A DNA stretch of 32,000 nt, from NCBI RefSeq assembly GCF_001457595.1, contig NZ_LN831039.1:270001-302000 (forward strand), in the 5' to 3' direction. A program made the position numbers and the translations under genes. The stretch is from Mycolicibacterium smegmatis (GTDB lineage Bacteria; Actinomycetota; Actinomycetes; Mycobacteriales; Mycobacteriaceae). The notes beneath the pieces are model-generated. The model ran no database searches. It saw only the letters and a list, made by a program, of their open reading frames with translations, and had not been told where the DNA came from. Positions 26,564 through 32,000 of the stretch are shown one piece after another; the stretch's first letter is position 1, and every line of letters starts with the position of its first letter.

Positions 26564-27351
26564 AGGCGTTTCTCCCACACCAGTTCGGCCACCTCGGTGC
26601 CGGCCAGGGCCTTGCGCTGGTACTTCGTGACGGGCCGCTCGAGGGATATCGGCAGGTCGTCGCTGGTCGACACCCGGCGCAGCAGCGGCTCGGCGTCGCC
26701 GACCTCGGCGATGTGCTCGGCGTATCCCATGTGGTCGGTCGCGGCGTGCAGGACGCCGCCCTCGCGCAACCGGTCGGCGATGAGCGCGACCGTGGCAGGT
26801 TGCAGCAACCGGCGCTTGTGGTGGCGGGCCTTGGGCCACGGATCCGGGAAGAAGACCCGCACACCGGTCAGGGTGTTGCTGCCGATCATGTGCTCGAGAA
26901 CGTCGACGCCGTCGCCGCGAATCATCCGGATGTTGGTGACACCCTCGCGGTCGATCGCGCTGAGCAACTGCGCGAGGCCCTTCCGGTACACCTCGACGGC
27001 GATCACGTCGATGTGCGGTTCGGCCTTGGCCATCTCGAGCGTGGACGTCCCGGTGCCCGAGCCGATCTCCAGGACCAACGGTGCCGAGCGTCCGAACCAG
27101 GCCTCGGTGTCCAGGTCGGTGATGGGCTGGGAATCCTCGTCTCTGGCCTGCATGCCGAGCTTGGGCCACAGGCGGTCCCAGGTTCCCTGCTGGCCGCCGG
27201 ACAGCGTCGATCGGCGTGTGCGAAAGCTGGTCACGCGGGGCAGGCGGTGCGGCTCGGCCGGCGGGCCTGCTGAAGCGTTCACGGGGGCCTCTCCAGCGGC
27301 GTCGAGGTCGGGAGCCGGTCCGCCCGCGACGTCAGGCACAGGCGCTTGCAT
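26560..27351 (-). CDS. trmB: tRNA (guanine46-N7)-methyltransferase
   Basis: 263 aa from the ATG at 27351, which matches the length I recall for Rv0208c. PLVLEIGSGTGTSTLEMA SAM motif, VFFPDPWPKARHHKRRL, ATDHMGYAEH. The track ORF (683 aa) is an antisense/off-frame extension across the Rv0209-like gene. Confidence 0.9.
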   Translation of the reverse strand: MQAPVPDVAGGPAPDLDAAGEAPVNASAGPPAEPHRLPRVTSFRTRRSTLSGGQQGTWDRLWPKLGMQARDEDSQPITDLDTEAWFGRSAPLVLEIGSGTGTSTLEMAKAEPHIDVIAVEVYRKGLAQLLSAIDREGVTNIRMIRGDGVDVLEHMIGSNTLTGVRVFFPDPWPKARHHKRRLLQPATVALIADRLREGGVLHAATDHMGYAEHIAEVGDAEPLLRRVSTSDDLPISLERPVTKYQRKALAGTEVAELVWEKRL

Positions 27352-27429
27352 CCGTCCATGGTCTCTTATCGGCAGCTGTGTGCCCGCATCGTGGTACAGA
27401 TTGATACCCAACAGTTGCCTTCGACTGTT

Positions 27430-28527
27430 ATGACCCAAACATCCGTTCGCGAGCCCGTCCGGGCCATGCCACGATTCTTGGCAGGGATGACCAGGGAGTT
27501 CACTGTGGAGGGCCGCCAGATGTTCGCAGCCGAGCTGAAGCGGTTTGCCGGCTGCGTCGGCGACGGCAACCGCGACCCGCGGCTGGCGAAGATCTCCGCC
27601 CGCGTGTGCGCCCCCGTCGGAGTCTCCGTGCACGGCCGCCGCGGTGTGGGGGTCACCACGGTGGCCGAGGCCCTCGCCGCGAACGGTGTCGCGGTGCGCG
27701 ACGACGGGCCGGGTGAGCTGGCGGTGCTGGTCACGGCCGAGGTGCTCAAACCAGAGGATCTGACCCTCGCGGACGCGTTGCGGGCACGCGGTGCGGACGT
27801 GCTCGTCGTGCTCAACAAGGCCGACCTCGTGGGCCGTGCGCCGGACGGTTCCCTGGCCGCAGCGCACCACCGCGCCCAGCAGCTGCGGGAGCGGACGGGG
27901 TTGCCCGTGGTGCCGATGGTCGGGTCGCTCGCGCGGGCCACGCTTTCGCCGCACCTCGTCGAGGCGCTGCGCCTGCTGGCGACGACGCCGGCCGACCTGA
28001 CCTCGACCGAGGCGTTCCTGGCCGACCCCCACCCGGTCGCGCAGGCGACCCGCACCGAGTTGCTGACCACGCTGGACCGTTTCGGCATCGTGCACGCATG
28101 CCGTGAACTGAGCCGCGAGCCGAACGCCGATGCCGCGGTTCTGTCCGCCGCACTGCGGCGCCTCGGCGAGACCGACCGTGTGCTTGCGGCGCTCGATGCG
28201 CTGGCCGCACCGCGCAGATACCGGCGGATCGAACGGGCCCTGACCGAACTGCAGGCCGTGGGCGGTGAGAGCGTCGGCCGCTTCCTTGCCGCCGACACCA
28301 CCGTGGTCGCGGTGATGGATGCCGCGCTCGAGGTCATGCGGGCCGCAGGGGTGGTGGTGCCGTCGCGGCCCGCATGCGGGCGCGATGCGCACCTGCGTCG
28401 GGCCAGGTTCTGGTGGCGGTACACCCGTGGCCCGGTGGGCGCGCTGCACGGCAGGTGCGCCGCCGCGATCGCGCGGGGTTCGCTGCGTCTGGCGGGCCTG
28501 GACACCGAGGAGGCGGCGCGGCGGTGA
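27430..28527 (+). CDS. Rv0209-like protein: dynamin/GTPase-like fold with a degenerate P-loop (GRRGVGVTT) and an intact NKAD
   Basis: 365 aa from the ATG at 27430. G1-like VSVHGRRGVGVTTVAEAL (27634-27660, Lys replaced by Val). ELAVLVTAEVLKPEDLTLADAL resembles the post-G3 segment of bacterial dynamin-like proteins. G4 VVLNKADL (NKAD at 27814-27825). The C-terminal half is helical. Confidence 0.6.
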   Translation: MTQTSVREPVRAMPRFLAGMTREFTVEGRQMFAAELKRFAGCVGDGNRDPRLAKISARVCAPVGVSVHGRRGVGVTTVAEALAANGVAVRDDGPGELAVLVTAEVLKPEDLTLADALRARGADVLVVLNKADLVGRAPDGSLAAAHHRAQQLRERTGLPVVPMVGSLARATLSPHLVEALRLLATTPADLTSTEAFLADPHPVAQATRTELLTTLDRFGIVHACRELSREPNADAAVLSAALRRLGETDRVLAALDALAAPRRYRRIERALTELQAVGGESVGRFLAADTTVVAVMDAALEVMRAAGVVVPSRPACGRDAHLRRARFWWRYTRGPVGALHGRCAAAIARGSLRLAGLDTEEAARR

Positions 28528-29990
28528 GCACCGCGACGGAAGAACCCACACCGGACCCGATCGCCGAGGCGGACGCACTCGTCGCCGCGGTCGACCCTGG
28601 GCTGAGCTCACCCGGTGTCCAGGCCCGCGACGTCATCCTCGTGACGGGTCCCTGGCTCGCGGGCACGTCGAGTGTCCTGGCGGCACTGCGGGAACGGATG
28701 CCCCAGCACACGTTCGTCGAGTCCGACGACCTGCTGGCCGGCGAGGCGCCCAAGGCAGTGGTGTTCGTGGTCTCGGCCGCCGCGCCGATCACCGAATCAG
28801 ACTGTGCGCTACTGGATCTGACGACCCAGTACACCGATCTGGTGGTGGGCGCGGTGTCCAAGATCGACGCGCACCGCAACTGGCGCGACGTGTGTGAGGC
28901 CGACGCCAAGACCTGCGCCGCGCGGTCGCAGCGCTACGAACGGATGCCGTGGGCCGGCGTCGCCGCTGCCCCCGATCTCGGTGAACCCCGGGTCGATGAG
29001 CTCGTGACCGCGCTCACCGAGCTTTCGGGTAATCCAGACATGTTGCGGCGCAACAGGTTACGTGCCTGGGAGGCGCGGCTGGAAGCCGTCATCGGCCGAT
29101 ACGAGGCAGACGCGTCAGGGGCCGACCGCAAGACGCGGCTGGAGACGCTGCGCGAGCGGCGCGCCGAGATCAACCGCACGCGCAGGCTCACCAAGACCGA
29201 ACGCAGTGTCGCCCTGCGCAGTCAGTTGCAGCAGGCGCGCGTGCAACTCGGTTACTTCGCGCGCAACCGGTGCAACTCGGTGCGCACCGAACTGCAGGAG
29301 GACGTCGCGGCGCTGGGCCGGCGACGGATCGGTGAGTTCGAGACGTACGTGCGCGAGCGCTGCGACACCATCGTCGACGAGGTCCACGAGGGTGTCACGG
29401 TGCACCTCGGCGACGTCGCGTCGGAACTGGGTCTCGACGCGCCCGCGACGCCGGAGCGTCCCTTGGTGCCCGACATCGCATCGCCGCCGCTGAAGACCCG
29501 CACCGTGGAGACCCGCCTGATGGCCGTGCTGGCCGTCGGCTTCGGACTCGGGGTCGCGCTGGCCGTGAGCCGCCTGCTGGCAGGCGCGGCACCTCGTCTC
29601 GCGGTCACGGGCCTGGCGGTCGGGGCGCTGGTCGGGTTGCTGCTGGCGGTGTGGGTGGTGAGCATCCGCGGCCTGTTGCACGACCGGGCGGTCCTCGACC
29701 GGTGGGTCAACGACGCCACCGCGACAGTTCGCTCGGCGGTCGAGGAGCTCGTCGCGACGCGTGTGCTGCAGGCCGAGGCCGATCTCACGACACAACTTGC
29801 CGGTCGTGAGGAGGCCGAAGCCGCGGCGGCCGCCGAGCAGATCGCCGCGATCGACACCGAACTGCGCGAACACGCCGTCGCGACCGCTCGCGCGGCCGCG
29901 CTGAGGGACCGTCGGATACCGCCGTTGCGGCGCGCGCTGGACGCCGTCCGCGCCGATTTGTACGGGGATTCGGCTTCTACTGATGAGTAA
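28524..29990 (+). CDS. Rv0210-like protein: dynamin-like architecture (degenerate GTPase domain, helical stalk, TM hairpin, C-terminal coiled coil)
   Basis: 488 aa from the GTG at 28524, overlapping the upstream stop (GTGA). G1-like ILVTGPWLAGTSSVLAAL (28647-28673, Lys replaced by Thr), AVVFVVSAAAPITESDCALLDL, G4-like GAVSKIDAH (28857-28868). Arg/Glu-rich helices, two adjacent TM helices (residues about 332-381, nt 29517-29666), then an Ala/Glu-rich helix. Confidence 0.6.
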   Translation: MSTATEEPTPDPIAEADALVAAVDPGLSSPGVQARDVILVTGPWLAGTSSVLAALRERMPQHTFVESDDLLAGEAPKAVVFVVSAAAPITESDCALLDLTTQYTDLVVGAVSKIDAHRNWRDVCEADAKTCAARSQRYERMPWAGVAAAPDLGEPRVDELVTALTELSGNPDMLRRNRLRAWEARLEAVIGRYEADASGADRKTRLETLRERRAEINRTRRLTKTERSVALRSQLQQARVQLGYFARNRCNSVRTELQEDVAALGRRRIGEFETYVRERCDTIVDEVHEGVTVHLGDVASELGLDAPATPERPLVPDIASPPLKTRTVETRLMAVLAVGFGLGVALAVSRLLAGAAPRLAVTGLAVGALVGLLLAVWVVSIRGLLHDRAVLDRWVNDATATVRSAVEELVATRVLQAEADLTTQLAGREEAEAAAAAEQIAAIDTELREHAVATARAAALRDRRIPPLRRALDAVRADLYGDSASTDE

Positions 29991-30147
29991 CCCGGGTGTG
30001 AGCCTGAACTGAATCGTTCCTGTGAGTGATCGGACAGACAACTGGCTCACGGCTCATATGTGACCCGCGTTAACCTCTACCCAAGGGGCAGCCGTAACCG
30101 CGTTGTGACGTGGCTTGGGTTCCAGAAAACCTACGCAGGAGAATTCA

Positions 30148-31974
30148 ATGACCTCAGCGACCATTCCGGGTTTGGACACCGCACCGACTAAACATCAGGG
30201 ACTGCTGGCGTGGGTCCAGGAGGTTGCGGAGCTGACGCAGCCGGATCGGGTGGTGTTCGCCGACGGCTCCGACGAGGAGTACGAGCGGCTGTGCGCCCAC
30301 CTCGTCGAGGCCGGCACCTTCCAGAAGCTCAATCCCGAGAAGCAGCCCAATTCGTACCTCGCGCTTTCCGATCCGTCCGACGTCGCGCGTGTCGAATCCC
30401 GCACCTTCATCTGCACCGAGCGTGAGATCGACGCGGGTCCGACCAACAACTGGATGGACCCGGCCGAGATGCGCGGCATCATGACCGACCTGTACCGGGG
30501 CTCGATGCGCGGCCGCACGCTCTACGTGGTCCCGTTCTGCATGGGCCCGCTGGATGCCGAGGACCCCAAGCTCGGCGTCGAGATCACCGACTCGGAATAC
30601 GTCGTCGTCTCGATGCGCACCATGACCCGCATGGGCCGGGCCGCGCTGGACAAGCTCGGTGACGACGGCTTCTTCGTCAAGGCCCTGCACTCGATCGGCG
30701 CTCCGCTCGAGCCCGGTCAGAAAGACGTGCCATGGCCGTGCAACGACACCAAGTACATCACCCACTTCCCCGAGACCCGTGAGATCTGGAGCTTCGGCTC
30801 GGGCTACGGCGGCAACGCGCTGCTGGGCAAGAAGTGCTACTCGCTGCGCATCGCGTCGGCCATGGCCCACGACGAGGGCTGGCTCGCCGAGCACATGCTG
30901 ATCCTCAAGCTGATCAGCCCCGAGAACAAGGCGTACTTCATCGCCGCGGCGTTCCCGTCGGCGTGCGGCAAGACCAACCTCGCGATGCTGCAGCCCACCA
31001 TTGAAGGCTGGCGCGCCGAGACCGTCGGCGACGACATCGCGTGGATGCGCTTCGGCAAGGACGGCCGCCTGTATGCGACCAACCCCGAGTTCGGCTTCTT
31101 CGGCGTCGCGCCCGGCACCAACTGGTCGTCGAACCCCAACGCCATGAAGACCATCGCCGCGGGCAACACCGTGTTCACCAACGTCGCCAAGACCGACGAC
31201 GGTGACGTGTGGTGGGAGGGCCTCGAGGGCGACCCGCAGCACCTCATCGACTGGAAGGGCAACGACTGGACGCCGGAGTCCGGTGAGAAGGCCGCCCACC
31301 CCAACTCGCGGTACTGCACCCCGATCTCGCAGTGCCCGACGCTGGCGCCCGAGTGGGACGACCCGCAGGGTGTGCCGATCTCGGCGATCCTGTTCGGCGG
31401 CCGCCGCAAGACCACGGTCCCGCTGATCACCGAGGCCCGCGACTGGCAGCACGGCGTGTTCATCGGTGCCACCCTGGGTTCGGAGCAGACCGCCGCAGCC
31501 GAGGGCAAGGTGGGCACCGTGCGCCGCGACCCGATGGCCATGCTGCCGTTCCTGGGCTACAACGTCGGTGACTACTTCGCGCACTGGATCAACGTGGGCA
31601 AGAACGCCGACGAGTCCAAGCTGCCCAAGGTGTTCTTCGTCAACTGGTTCCGTCGCGGCGACGACGGCCGCTTCCTGTGGCCGGGCTTCGGCGAGAACAG
31701 CCGCGTGCTCAAATGGGCCGTCGAGCGCATCGAGCACAAGGCCGACGGCAAGAGCACCCCGATCGGCATCGTGCCGACCGCGGCCGACCTCGACCTCGAA
31801 GGCCTCGATGTGGACCCCGCCGACGTTGACGAGGCGCTCGCCGTCAAGCCCGAGGAGTGGCGTGCCGAGCTCCCGTTGATCGAGGAGTGGTTCGAGTTCG
31901 TCGGTGAGAAGCTGCCGACCGGCCTCAAGGACGAGTTCGACGCGCTCAAGCACCGCCTGTCCGAAGAGGGCTAA
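30148..31974 (+). CDS. pckA: GTP-dependent phosphoenolpyruvate carboxykinase
   Basis: 608 aa from the ATG at 30148, with RBS GCAGGAGA 7 nt upstream. Motifs: [29 protein letters not shown] (kinase-1a P-loop), [16 protein letters not shown] recall Mtb PckA as 606 aa. Confidence 0.95.
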   Translation: MTSATIPGLDTAPTKHQGLLAWVQEVAELTQPDRVVFADGSDEEYERLCAHLVEAGTFQKLNPEKQPNSYLALSDPSDVARVESRTFICTEREIDAGPTNNWMDPAEMRGIMTDLYRGSMRGRTLYVVPFCMGPLDAEDPKLGVEITDSEYVVVSMRTMTRMGRAALDKLGDDGFFVKALHSIGAPLEPGQKDVPWPCNDTKYITHFPETREIWSFGSGYGGNALLGKKCYSLRIASAMAHDEGWLAEHMLILKLISPENKAYFIAAAFPSACGKTNLAMLQPTIEGWRAETVGDDIAWMRFGKDGRLYATNPEFGFFGVAPGTNWSSNPNAMKTIAAGNTVFTNVAKTDDGDVWWEGLEGDPQHLIDWKGNDWTPESGEKAAHPNSRYCTPISQCPTLAPEWDDPQGVPISAILFGGRRKTTVPLITEARDWQHGVFIGATLGSEQTAAAEGKVGTVRRDPMAMLPFLGYNVGDYFAHWINVGKNADESKLPKVFFVNWFRRGDDGRFLWPGFGENSRVLKWAVERIEHKADGKSTPIGIVPTAADLDLEGLDVDPADVDEALAVKPEEWRAELPLIEEWFEFVGEKLPTGLKDEFDALKHRLSEEG

Positions 31975-32000
31975 CCGCTTTTTCGTCGAGCCTGTAGTTA

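Noticed and set aside
1-32000. Search for CRISPR arrays, tRNA/rRNA genes, prophage or toxin-antitoxin modules.
   Set aside because: There are no regularly spaced direct repeats, no tRNA-like T-arm (GGTTCGAATCC-type) sequence in any intergenic spacer, and no rRNA-like segments. All intergenic spacers are 320 bp or shorter, and every sizeable ORF is accounted for by the genes listed.

Overview
High-GC (about 67%) actinobacterial chromosome. Gene content and order match a fast-growing Mycobacterium (M. smegmatis-like) and correspond, from my memory of the H37Rv map, to M. tuberculosis Rv0189c (ilvD) through Rv0211 (pckA). Left to right: the 5' two-thirds of an IS1380-family transposase gene running off the left edge; a short C-terminal remnant of a large regulator/cyclase-type gene next to it; ilvD; a CsoR/RicR-type copper repressor with a palindromic operator; a DUF77 protein; an MFS transporter; an L,D-transpeptidase; the M13 metalloprotease Zmp1; two Mce-associated membrane proteins; a CoA-binding protein; O-acetylhomoserine sulfhydrylase; a small HTH protein; mmpL11; two hemophore-type genes; an OmpR/histidine-kinase pair; DUF3054, an M23 lipoprotein peptidase and an Rv0204c-like membrane protein; an AI-2E permease; mmpL3; an NYN-domain protein; trmB; a coupled pair of dynamin-like proteins (Rv0209/Rv0210-like); and pckA. 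I saw no rRNA, tRNA or CRISPR array. Many ORF-track entries are off-frame or antisense artefacts of high GC, or carry spurious N-terminal extensions; starts were re-picked by hand. Main second-look items: (1) the mmpL3 frame breaks about 86 codons before its natural stop, with the real C-terminus readable in another frame; (2) the Rv0209/Rv0210-like pair looks like a dynamin-like module whose P-loop lysines are both lost; (3) duplicated hemophore genes abut a two-component system between mmpL11 and mmpL3; (4) an IS insertion has apparently truncated a neighbouring gene. All homology calls rest on motif recognition by eye; no database search was run.
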